NCBI GenBank assembly: GCA_050575255.1
Contig: JBNZDD010013684.1
Location: forward strand, 662,087 to 726,086
Direction: 5' to 3'
Length of the DNA: 64,000 nucleotides
Source of the DNA: Harriotta raleighana
Lineage: Eukaryota
This document shows positions 13,940 to 25,891 of the stretch, piece after piece. Positions within the stretch are counted from its first letter, which is position 1. Each line of letters opens with the position of its first letter. Both the position numbers and the translations under genes were made by a program. Below the pieces are notes generated by a model. The model ran no database searches. It was not told where the DNA came from and worked only from the letters and a program-made list of their open reading frames with translations.

Positions 13940-14290
13940 AATAATAATAATCCTTGCATTTGATGCCTTTTCATGTCTTCTAGACGTCTCAAAATTCTTC
14001 ACAGAATATACTATAAAGTGAATTGACTGTGTATTTGTGGGCAAAACATGACAGCCAATTGTGCACACCAGTGTCCCACAAACAGTCGTGGATTGAAATG
14101 ACCAATTTTATTATTGTGCTTTTTTTAAGGGATTATTAGTAGGCATGTGGAGTAAGGAAATTTGCCCAAGGTGTCGCCCTGACCTGCCCAAGGTTTCGCC
14201 CTGACCTTCCCAAGGTTCGACCTGCCTGGATTCGAACACAGGTCTCATGCTTGTAAGGCGAGTGCTCCAACCACGAACTATAGCACTCCC
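13940..14290 (-). mobile_element. Full-length DeuSINE inserted in the CR1 RT region, with an internal tandem triplication of about 22 nt
   Basis: Tail, Deu core and tRNA head are present; cccaaggt(g/t)tcgccctgacct is repeated at about 14165-14225. Confidence 0.85.
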
Positions 14291-15004
14291 GAGAGGTTAC
14301 AGTAGGATTTGAACATACTTGGGAATTGGGCAGATCAGTGGCAGATGAAATTCAATGTGGAAAAATGTAAAGTAGTTCGCATGGGATCAGAAAATCCTAG
14401 AAGTGACTATTATTTGCATGGAAAGAAAATAATATGTTTGGAAAATGAATAGGACCTGCGGGTTCTGATTGACAAAATTGAGGTTCTCCCAACAATGCTC
14501 TGCGGCAGTGAGTAAAGCAAATCAGATGTTTGGATGTTGCAAAAGATTAATAGCAAGCCAAAATAGTGGGGTAATCAAACCACTGTATAAATCATTGTGA
14601 GACCATACTTGGAGTCATGTTACAATTCTGGTCACGGCAGTACAAAAAGGATATTGTAGAAATAGAGAAGATACAGAGGAGGGCAACCAAAATGATTGGA
14701 AGGATTGGATCGTGAGGCACGTCAAGTAAATTGGGCATATGCACGCTGGAAAAGAGAAATTGAGAGGCAACATGATTGCTTTCTTTACGATTCTAAAGGG
14801 GCAACAACAAAATCAAAATTACATTTGTGTAGCACTTTTCACTTCAGGAGGAATTCCCCGTCTGTGTTTCGGACCCGAGCGGGGGTCAGATTCAGAATGA
14901 ATCTATGCAAATACTATTTCAGTAAGAGAATAGTGAACCTATGGAACAGACTCTAGGGAGACAGTTGAAGCAGGTAGTCTTGATTCAAACAGATTAGATT
15001 CTTT

Positions 15005-15410
15005 CAGGTATCCCCCGCTTTACGACAGGGTTGCATTCCTGAAAAACGTCATGCAACTCGAAATGTCATAGATCGGAATGCAGTTTCCCTTGCGGTCCCA
15101 TGATATAACCCGAAATGCGTTCTTTTGACAACATTTTCAGACCTTAAAACCACTAAAATAACACACAAAACACACAAAATAACACACTAAACACACAAAA
15201 TAACACACATAGGCAAGATTTAGTATCTAAAGTAATCACTTCGCTGGGTTTTTTACCGCTAGCAGTACTACTGCTTCTTATTTCATGTACCGATCTTTTC
15301 TCTGACATTGTAGAAATGCAGTAGAGGCTGTAAATCGCTTGAAATTGCATGGTATCACTTCAAAAGAAGCTGGCTTTTAAAATGCTAGAAAAAAGCTTTT
15401 ATCCTAAAAA
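15005..15410. mobile_element. Tigger/pogo-like MITE left half
   Basis: Begins CAGGTATCCCCCGCTTTACGAC; AC-rich minisatellite at about 15155-15210; truncated by a minus-strand L2 tail at about 15412. Confidence 0.6.
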
Positions 15411-15411
15411 A

Positions 15412-15552
15412 AACAACAACAAAATTACACTTGTGTAGCACCTTTCATGTCGGGAGAATGTCCCAAGTCGCTGACAGTCACTGTGTCAGACCCGAGCTGG
15501 GGACGGGGTGGGGAGGGAAGTGGGTGGGGTGGGAATTAGGAAGGTGGAAGGC
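15412..15552 (-). mobile_element. L2 3' tail; the + strand carries a G-quadruplex-capable tract (about 15499-15533)
   Basis: (CAA)n plus aaaattacacttgtgtagcacctttca; G tract ggggacggggtggggagggaagtgggtggggtggg. Confidence 0.75.
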
Positions 15553-17074
15553 TAACTAAATGGACCTCAGTCTTTTTTCGTTTAGCATTTTTTATATGTT
15601 CTTATCCTCTTCATCTCCTTTAAAGTCCTCCATGGTCCCTCTGCCACCTGTTAAATCTTTACCAACCTTTTGTCATCCTTCTGCTCATGTGACATGAGTC
15701 TGCTCCATATCCCCTGCCTTGTTAGCTCCACCATTAGTAGTCTGTCTGTCTGCCCAAAACTCTGAAACTCCATCCCTGAACCTCTCTTCCTCGCCCCTCC
15801 TTTGTATCCTTCAAGGACCATCTCAAGGTCTTCCTCTTCCCAAATATGCCTTGCGTCATCTTCCCACCCTAACCCCTTTCTCTCCACCTCTCTTGAATTG
15901 AATTCCAGCTCAGATGTAATAGTGTATTATTAATTTGTGCAATCTTAACCTCTTTTTCTACAATTCTTTGAAAAACTATTCTTTATTAAAACTGAATTTA
16001 AGAATTTTACATAGATCTTGACATTCTTAAATGTTAAGACAAAATGGTCTTATGAGCTAAAGCTAGTGTAAATTTGAGACCCCAGATTACAGCACATAAT
16101 GTACTGAAGTGACACTTTTGCAGTGTCAAAACACAGCATATCTAACTTGGAGATGTTGAATTCCTGTCACCATTCTCTTTTACGCCCAGAACACAAACAT
16201 TTCTTCAGTTCCTAATACTGTATATATAAGTGTCTGCATGCTCCCTACTGGTTTTAGATTGTTTTTAAATGTACATTGAAAATGGTCATCCAACATTTAA
16301 AACTCTATTGCATGTGTGATGCAGTCACTATGTTGCTTGACCGGTAAGGGATTTCTGATTGATGGGAACTCAATCCCATCTTTCTTGTTTTCTGAATTTA
16401 ATTGTGATTGGCTGCAAAGATTTTCCAGTTGGTAGAAAGCAGTGGATTTACTACCTTTGGCAAGCCCCCTTTTGTTATTTATTTTCCTTATGATTGAGAT
16501 CATTAAAATGTCAAATATTCATCCAAGTTTTGCATGGTTAATCTTCCTGGTTGTTGCTTAATTGCACTGGGTGATTTGTTTGTACAATGGGTAAGCAGAG
16601 AGATCAATTTTTACTTTATGTTTTTCTTTACTGGGTCCTGTGACCAATAGAATAGGAATCCACTGCAGGTTGTTGAAGGGTAAGTATAAAAGTGATTCCA
16701 GAGGTGAAATTGGCTTCCATTTGGTCTGTGTATTAATAGTATTAGTAGCAGCAAAAAAAACAGATATGGAAATTGGTATTTTTTTCTTTTGAGATTCTTA
16801 TGTTGCTTTATTTTGATAATACGTAGTTCTAAACTGTACTTTGAATAAGAGATTGTGCTATTGCTGATAATTACATTACTAAATGAGAAAATCTAGCCCT
16901 GTGTCTTCTGAAACATTTAAATAGAAATGTTATAGGAAGCCTTAAAAGGTCCAAGTAGAATTCAAATCTCGTAGCCTTGAATGAACATATTAAAATAAAA
17001 TGAGAACTATTTCTGCAAGAAAATTTCAATGTTAAATTAAAATATTCTTAAAATATGTATTTTAAATGTTAGTA

Positions 17075-17748
17075 CAGTAAAACCCTGTTTATCCGTGACT
17101 CGATGAACTGGAAAACCCGTTGAACCGGAATCTCAAAAAAAGAGTCCCAATTCGATAAACCAGAAGTTATCCGGCAAAATAATGATGATGCATTTAATGA
17201 ATCGATTGTCGCACGCGAGTACTGGTGCAGGTACTCGGCTGGCCACTAGTCGAGCCTAAAGTCACGCGACTGTCATTTTTAAAAAAAGTCGCGATACTGC
17301 CTTTTTTAAAAAAAAGTTGCACTACTGCCGCTTGGTTTTTCTCTCATGACTGCCATTGCAGAAGTTAAGTATAAAAAATAAAGTACTAATACAATATTCT
17401 GTTATTACAGTATCTGATATGAGTGTATTTAGTCTATTATTTATATAGTATAGTTCAACATTTACAATAAAATAGCCATACAATATTTTGTTATTACAGT
17501 ATCTGTTATTACTGTATTTACTCTATTATTTATATGGTACAGTGTACAACATTTACAACAATAAAATACCCATACAATATTGTTATAATCTGCTATTATT
17601 TAGTCTATTTTTAATATGGTATGTGTTAAAATAATTTTTAATTAAAACATTATAAAAAAATATATTTTAAAAAAAAACATTCAACCAGAAAACCGTTGAA
17701 CCGCCACTGGCCAGGTCCCGGGGGTGCCGGATAAACAGGGTTTTACTG
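17075..17748. mobile_element. Complete Tc1/pogo-type MITE, 674 bp
   Basis: Perfect 21-bp TIRs CAGTAAAACCCTGTTTATCCG; TA TSD at 17073-74 and 17749-50; internal AT-rich tandem repeat of about 90 nt (about 17390-17610). Confidence 0.93.
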
Positions 17749-20700
17749 TATTTTAAATAAACTATTACTGTATGTGGTATTTTTCTACTGTCAAATCGGT
17801 CTCATATGTCAGCCACTAATCCTGTGGTATATTGGTTGAGCATCTTTTATTTCAAACCTTGATGTTCAGCGGCATGAACATTTGCCACTAATGTCAGAGA
17901 TGCTTAGCAGCAAGAAAATCTCACCATACAGTGAAAGTGACTTAATCAGGGCAGTGCTTGGGAATGACGTTCAGTAAATTGACATTAGCAGATTTTGCTT
18001 GCTACAGGGATATTGGGATTAAGTTTTATTTTTTAGTTAGTATTTGAGGCAAAACTTTAAATTTAGCTTTAAATTTAGTTTACATGCTAGATTTTTTCAT
18101 ATTGTATTTTTCATATTTTCTTTTCCTTTGTAAAAATTTCTAAAAAATGTTCAATATGATTTTTGAAAACAATGGAAATTATATTGTAGGTAATTTTATA
18201 ATAATCCTTAGATTTTATATAGTGCCTCTCACATTGAAGAAAGGATGTCTCGAAGCACTTCACAAGATTTACTGTACGATGTAGTGAATATATTTTGTAG
18301 GCGAATGCAGCAGCCAAATTGCTCGCAGCATTTTCACTCAAACTGCTAGGAATTGATTGACCGACATCAAGAGAAACTCTGAGAGTTGTCCAGGACACTG
18401 TAGAATAATGCCATGGAATCTTGCATGTCCATTAGAATAGACATGCTGGACCTTGGTTTAACTTCTCATCTGAAAGATGGCACCAGGAACAATCCCCCAC
18501 CATTGTATTGAAAAGTCTGCTCAGACTGTGAGTTCTTCATCACCAATGAATCGAGTGTACTTGTGATTCAAAGTCCTATTTACAGCATGAATGCATAATT
18601 GTCCTTTCAATTCTATTATGAAACATTCAGGTTGGCATTGAACTGATGAATATTGCCTGTCTGTGATAACGAACAGTCCAAAGTGAACAGTCTTTTGCCT
18701 TATTTGAACTGCAGCGTTATGTTGGTTTGATGCTGTTTTGATATTGAATCAATGCTATAATTGAGGCTGGAGGGGATATTCATTTGATTCTGATTACATT
18801 CCTGATGAATTTGCCTTTGAATTTGCCTCATGAATCAAATTGATGCTGTTTGGCCTTTGGAGAATTCCTGCTCTGAACTAAGAGGTGATTAGGCAGTCTC
18901 TTTGTAAGACCATGTTTCGAACAATAGTCTTTGAATGCAGTATCTGAGCTGCAAAACATTTTTATAGCTTAGACCCTGCATGTTACTGGATAAAAAGAGC
19001 CAAAGTATTTCGTTTCCCAACACTTTTTTCTTGTGTTGAGATTTAAAATGTCAAAGAGAGAAAATTAGGTTTGCTTTGTTGTTCTTTAAAAGGTGGCATA
19101 GGAGCAGGTGGAGACACTGTAATAATTAAAGACTGAAAGTATGAAGATATGATTAGACAGCAGTTTCACCATAGCCTAATGCATGCTCCAGAAATCACAG
19201 TTCATCAAGGGATTTTTGGCTCTGTAGAACAGATTGAGTTGACAGTGATGTGATGGCAGTGTCTGGGAAACAGTTTCACAGGGAGCAGAGGTCTTGTGCG
19301 AAACATTGACACTGGTGTTGTGTTTGAAATAAACAGCATTTGCAAGCATTATTTGAGGAGGCACATAACATTGTGTTGCTTCTTTCCAAACAGTTGCTAA
19401 CTTGGTAACATAATTTTTTTTTGGTATTGAGAATTGATATTGAGATGAATACTGTTTATAATACCTAATTGTATTGTTGTCTTCCTAATTTACGGGCTGT
19501 AGTACATCCTTATTTAAAACTATGGTTGATCATTGTTTAGCTGCTATAAAAAGACCCATTTTTTCAGCATCTAGATAGTCTCAGATTTTCAGACAAGTAA
19601 ATATGATGCCAGTCTATGGTGGTTGCATGTTAATTGCTTTACTTATACTGATTTTTGCGTGTTTACACTTGTCATTTTCTCAAGCTTGCTTGCCTGTCAT
19701 GATCGCTAACAAATATGGAATACCTCTAATAGTGATCCTAAGAAATGCAGCGCCCTTCCTTATCCCACATTTTCAAAGTGCTCAAATTGTTCAGAGACTA
19801 AGTAAGGCCTTGTGCCAATCATCTGTGTCTCTCAATTGATTAAATAAATGATAATTTCACACATTTTTTTCAATAAAAGCTTCATCACTACATTGTATGC
19901 CTTGGGACATCTTCCTGACATGGAAGGCGCTATAAAATAATTTATAATATAATTTCGTATTGTATTCAATACTTTACAAATTGTATAGACCTGAGAAAGC
20001 AATGAAGTTTCTATTTTGTAGCTGGTTACTTAATTATGCAACTAGGAACATTCTAACTCTAACCCTGCTCAGAGGCCCTATTAGATCATCCAGATTAATA
20101 CCTCATTTAGTGCTGATCTAGATGTTGGAATTTGTAAATGTATCCAATGTTCTTGCTGGGTCGTGGGACGATCTGTGCCACAGATTCAAATTTAAGTTTT
20201 TAACATTCTCTCGTACCACAGAGTAGCTTGCGATTTTTCAGAGCTGTTTCCAAAGAACTCTAGGCTTTCCGCTACAAACTTAACTAACGATCACCACCAT
20301 TTCAGGAATTGTCACTTTTTTTTTAAATCCCCTGAAAAACATTGTATTTACAATATCAGTCCTCCACTTTTGTACAAATATATAATGCAAATAAGAGTGA
20401 TCCATGAATATCCAGAGTTAAATGTACACACAATATATATAGAGACGATGGTATAATTGGAATACTATACTCTTAAGCTTCTTTCCCTTCCTCCTCACGT
20501 TAGGAAAGATGAAGGAATGCAATTTCTTGCCATGACAAGCAAGTCTTGTGATTTCAAGTACTCTAGGACTCTACCCTGTGTGAGGTTCTATAAATATGCA
20601 TATTGTTTTTGTTATTGTCTGTATGCTAATAGGTCTACTATTCACTAATAGCTGAGTCAATAAGCAGAAAAGTGGGTATTGAGCGGATCCAGAGGCTGAT

Positions 20701-23529
20701 TTAAGCTTTGTTTCCCCTTCTCAGACCAGGTAGCTATTGTGGTATACTAGATCATTTGTTTTGAATAGTTGGATTTGGGATATGAACTGGAGATATGAAA
20801 GAACATGTCCTGCGCCAACCTATTATTCAGTGAGGAATGGAATCTCTGTAGTTGTGTGCGATATGTTTAGTGCGTGAGTTGAGCAAGTTATTTTGCTGTT
20901 TATGGAGGATTGACACACATGTGTCTACATTCCGTTATTGATAGCCAAGTCTTCCCAACCTACTTTACAACTTTGTGCGAAATCTGCTGAATGCATCATA
21001 TGTGGATAACCTGTTTATGGTTTGAGAGAGTGAGCTTGCTTAAGAGTTTTTTTTTGAAGTGTCAACTGAGTCTTCATAGAAGTAGTTGATTTGGGGTACC
21101 AAAATACAACAACAACTTGCATTTATATAACGTGTTTCACATGGGTAGCATTTTGGAGCGCTCAGGTTCCATTGTGTGAGTATTTCTTTACAAGCTACAA
21201 AAAACCAGAATGTAACTCTCTTGTTAGAGTTGATGACCTTAAGTGTCTGTTTCTCCTCTACAACAACAACAAAATTACATTTATGGAACGCCTTTCACAT
21301 TGGGAGAATGCCTCCTTCACCAGGACTGTCAGTTAATAATAATAATCGTTGGATTTGATATGGCGCCTTATCACATCTTTGAGATGTTTCACAAAATATA
21401 CTATAAAGAGAACTGACTGTATATTTTGTGGGCAAAGCAAAGCAGCCAATTGTGCAAACAGTGTCCCACAAACAGTCGTGGATTGAGTGATCAAATTATT
21501 ATTATTTTATTTTATTTATTTATTTTAATTTTATTTATTTTTCATTCACACATCTCAAGAGATTACAAGCACAGCTTTACAATTGCAATACCTTTCTCAG
21601 TAATTCTTTACCTGTGATCACTGCTGCTAAGCTTGAAGGGTGCAGCCCTGCTTCTCCAATTTAAGTATAACTTCAAGCACGTGCCCAAGACACCATTTAA
21701 GCAAAATGTATAACTGTGCTAGTAACTATACGCTTGTAAAATTCAGAAAAATGTTCATTGGACAATTCCATTAGCTATCATCAGTGGCATTAACAGTCAC
21801 CTTTAATAACCTGCCTCTCATATTTTCATCAAACCTTAAGGACTTTCTCTCTTGAGCTTCTTAATTCCTTTTCATGCCAACTGAAATGGAAACCATACTC
21901 ACATCCTGATGTGAAATTCTTGTTCAGTTTGACAGAACTTGTAAAAATAAAGTGCACCTACTCTGGGCACAGTAAAGGATTACCTGCCTGTCTGGTGATA
22001 TTTTCATTACAAGTCTTCGTTGAACTGCTTCTATCAACATGTTTCACAGAGGAACACTTGTCATTACTCATATTTCTATTGGTACTAAAATGTATGTGTT
22101 TGTTCGTTCAGTCCATGTGAGGATAAGACAGTTTTATTGAGGCTCTCCATAATTTCCTGAACTTTTCTTTTGAAATGACAGGCTAACAGTGTTCAGTACT
22201 GCCAAAGTTGAAAACCCTCATTTCAGTACATTCTTTAATTTGTAATGCATTGATTTAGTGAAGACAATTTCCTAAACTGTTATTAATTTGTATCAATTAC
22301 TTTGAGCAATAAATAATAATAATACTTGTATTTGATATAGTGCTTTTCATGTCTTCTAGACGTCTCATTAAATGTTAGCTTTGATGTCTAAATGATTTAG
22401 TATCTTCACCAGAACTGTCTGTATTTTCATAACCTTGGTACAAGTTAATGTAGGTACAGAACATACTATTGTATGTCCTACTTATCAAATTTTTTAATGT
22501 ACAGAGGCATTATTTCATAATTGTAGGTTCAAGCCCCTTACCAGGATTTTACATTTTATTCATACTTCCCTTAATCTAGGTCCGTGGATTGTGTACATTG
22601 CTTACTAGGGCCAACTTGTCTCTTTCAGTCATTTCTATAATTATTGTTCTTGTTCTTCATACTTACATACACATTATGGAGGAATCAGAATTTTGACCTT
22701 GCACATGGTTTCTATTTTATCAGATAAGTTTATTTTTGTGTGAAATAACTATGCTTTTCTCCTTGTATCACAGTTCATTTTGTGCTACAACAAGAGCAAA
22801 ATTACATTTATAGAGTGCCTTTAACATCGGGAGGATATCCCAAGGGTGGGGGAGCCTGATGCCGAGCCAGTGGGTGGGATGGGGACTGTAAGCATGGTCG
22901 AAGAAGATATCACTCATGATATAACAGAGGGTTAAGGAGGTGGAGGCGGAGTGCGAGGCGAAGTAAATGGGGGGAGAGTTTAAAGCATATGTTCTTCCAC
23001 ATCTGCTGAAAAGACGTTTTGTGTTCTCCTGGATTGTTTTGCTAAGAAGTCTTGCTTATTGCCAGCAGTGGAACTATCATTTTTATAGGCATTTTGTAAT
23101 AACCATGATGCAGCATTTACTGAATTAAAATATCTACAGGGAATTACAGTCGTGCAGTGACGTTTTGTAGAAGGATGAGGCAGTGATTGCATTAAGTAGG
23201 ATCCCACAAGGAGCTATCATGTGATTGAACAATTAATTTGGAGAGTTGTTGGTAAGAGTACCAGAAGAAACTCTTCTTTTCAAATGTTGTCATGGGAAAT
23301 TATAACATCTATCTGAAAACAAGCAGACAGGATCTCTGTTTAATGGCTCATCTAAATTTGGCTCTTCTGACAACAAATCAATCCCCCAGTACAGCACCGA
23401 AGCGTCAGCCTCAACTATCAGCTCAAACTCCAATGTGGACCTTGAATTCAAAGCCTTCTACAACAACATGTATTTATATAGAGCCCCCCCATGTCGGGCG
23501 ACAATGTCATTGTGCTGCAGTTATTGTAG

Positions 23530-23856
23530 TATGAGTGAGTGAATGAATGAGAGAGAGAGACATACAGGAAAACAGACAGATATTGGCCAGTTCAAATGCT
23601 TGGATACACGATATCAGGTGCGACTGCGATTTTACCGTAAATACACCATGTACTGAGTATGGACAAAAAAGACGCGCCAAATAGGACTGCAATTTTACCG
23701 CAAAATACACTATGTACTGCGAATGCGCAAAAAAAAAGCCAAATTTTTTGGTCGTTGAAACAAAACCAAATGTATATTGATAAAAAGCTGTTAAAAAATT
23801 ATGTTCGTTAAATCAAAATGATTTAAATAGAAACGTCGTAAATTGGGGGATACCTG
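23530..23856. mobile_element. Tigger/pogo-like MITE right half
   Basis: Ends GTCGTAAATTGGGGGATACCTG, the reverse complement of a TIR like that at 15005; two internal tandem units of about 63 nt. Confidence 0.6.
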
Positions 23857-23953
23857 TTATGTTGTCCTCCTGAAGAACAAGCCAAAAAGACATCTGGTTC
23901 CAGTCACAACCACAGAACAGTATACCGTAACAAAATATTACTGTTCCCAAGTA

Positions 23954-24395
23954 CAGTAACTGCTTGTTTATCCGGCACCCTCGGGATCTGACCGGTGCCG
24001 GTTAGGTAAATACACCGGATATTCAAGGGGCAAGTTCCCGAAAATCCCCCACAACAAATTAACTTATTTTAAAACGTACTATATTAATAATAGACTAAAT
24101 AATAACGCAATATTGTATGGATACTTACCAATAAAGCATTCCAGCACACTCGGTAAAATGATAGGTAAAATAAAAATTCCAGCATTCGTTAAGTTTAATA
24201 AGTGTGCATGCATTGAACGCATGCACAAAGTGAGCATGCTCGTGAGATGTATGAGATCCGTTTGCTGGAACGTGAATTGTACTGGGAGATACAATCCCTT
24301 AGCCTATAGGGATACAATCCCTTAGCCTATGTTGGGGTTGGGGTTGGGGTTGAGCGTTCCGGTTGGTTGGGTGCTGGATAAACAAGCTTTTACTG
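23954..24395. mobile_element. MITE of the CAGTAAAAC-TIR family, 442 bp
   Basis: TA|CAGTAACTGCTTGTTTATCCGG...TGGATAAACAAGCTTTTACTG|TA; internal tandem duplication and (TTGGGG)3. Confidence 0.85.
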
Positions 24396-24504
24396 TACTT
24401 CATTGAAGTCTTACATAAATAGGCTAAACACTAAATATAGGCTAAGATCTTCAGCAGAGTCCTACAGACATCAATAAGATGATGAATTGAGAAAGAAAAC
24501 TTAA

Positions 24505-24960
24505 AGTTTGCCTGGGTTAACGTTCTTTCGTTATTACATTGTTGATACATTGGGAAAATATATTCATTTAACGTGGTAATGTTTGCTATTAAGTCGTTCG
24601 CCAGCGGGTGGAAAGGGGGCACAACGGCACCAGGACCTACGAGTGAGCCAGGGTGGCAGCGAGACAGAGAGCCAGCCAGCAGCGAGTCAGGCCGGCAGCA
24701 AATGTGACCAGCAGCGAGTGAGTGAGCCGGGCAGGCAGTCAGGAAGCAAGTGAGTGAGCTGGACAAGCAGTCAGGGAGTAAGTGAGTGAGCGGGCAGGTG
24801 GTCAGGGTGCGAGTATAATGCTTTTTTTAAGAAAAGTTTGATGAAAAATATCCAAAAGAACCTAACTCCAGTTTTCATTCTTATGGGAAAAATGTATTAG
24901 CTTAATGGCGTTTTGCTTAAAGTCATGCTTTTCGAGAACCAAACTATCATGTTAAAGGGT
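24505..24960. mobile_element. Probable Tigger-like non-autonomous element with a GC-rich minisatellite of about 30 nt (about 24640-24812)
   Basis: Tigger-like subterminal text (cttatgggaaaaatg...cttaaagtc...gagaaccaaact); repeated gagtgagtgagc...gcagtcagg. Confidence 0.45.
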
Positions 24961-25697
24961 TCAGATCCAGGGTTGAAAAGGTACATTTTAGGACAGACAT
25001 TATTTATTTAGACTCAAGGTCATTGAAAATTGAAGCAGGTTTTCAAAAAGAGTGATTGAAGCTAAGCTTATTTAAAAGTGAGCTTATGAAACTGAGCTTA
25101 TTTAAGAAACAGCTTGAGATAAAGAAACCTTTAAAAACAGGCTTTATTGGGAACCTGTGGTTGCAAATATTATAGAAGAGTGACATGTAATGGGAAGACA
25201 TAGCTGTCATAGTAATTAGGTATTATTGTGGAAGAATGAGATCAAATGGGCTGAAGAGCCATCATCCAAATCTTGTTACTGATTCAATTTTCTTTGCTAT
25301 CATCAAAGTCTATCAACTTTTCATGAGAGTAATATAAATAAATGTTCAAATGTTGTTTTGCAGTTAATATACCAGCATCTGCAAAATGAGGTCAAATGCA
25401 CAATAGCTGCATTTTGCTGATGTTTGTGCAAATATTTTTGTTCCATTTTATAATGTATGCTGAAAGTGCAATATGATCCACAAGGGCCTGTTTGTAACTT
25501 CCTCTCTTCATATTCTGCTCAGCAACTGTACGCTCTTGGTGGATTAAATTATATTACCTCTACATTAGAAAATGATGTACTACGTGGTTTCAAAATATTG
25601 CTGACAAACACATATTACACTTGCATAGACAATGGGACCATGCATTATTGTGTTACTAAATTAGACATCTTTTTCTGCTTTTTTCTGGGGTAAACAG

Positions 25698-25891
25698 AGT
25701 GAAGACAGTCCAAGTCCTAAGCGCCAGCGCCTCTCTCATTCGGTTTTTGAATACACAGCAGTATCTCCTGCCCCATCACCACCAATGCGACCATGGGAGA
25801 TGACATCTAACAGGCGGCCTCCCTCGGCTCGACCCAACCAACACCACTTCTCAGGGGAAAGATGCAACACACCTGCACGAAACAGAAGAAG
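25698..25891 (+). CDS. RNF38: RNF38 internal coding exon (194 nt, phase 0 to 2): SEDSPSPKRQRLSHSVFEYTAVSPAPSPPMRPWEMTSNRRPPSARPNQHHFSGERCNTPARNRR
   Basis: cag|AGT acceptor and AG|gtaata donor. The translation closely matches the recalled vertebrate RNF38 N-terminal region, including the basic SPKRQRL motif. Not in the ORF track. Confidence 0.95.

Larger units (their letters stand above)
11722..15004 (+). mobile_element. Decayed CR1 LINE: end of ORF1 (SGNH esterase DGLHLN) plus most of ORF2 (endonuclease and RT), with nested inserts
   Basis: GAT GGG CTC CAC CTA AAC at 11754-11771. Endonuclease motifs DIISITET, GYKLFRRD, VVGDFNF; RT-region motifs KSQGLDELYPRILKEL, YLDFSKVFD, SGVPQ, KFTDDT; C-terminal YFSKRIVNLWNRL. 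Many stops and frameshifts. Confidence 0.9.

Noticed and set aside
16651-16679. Possible small exon ending AGG|gtaagt
   Set aside because: Acceptor ambiguous, frame-disrupting, and no recognisable homology, so it cannot be supported from sequence alone.
24331-24352. (TTGGGG)3 telomere-like tract
   Set aside because: Not the vertebrate TTAGGG repeat, only three units, and inside a MITE.
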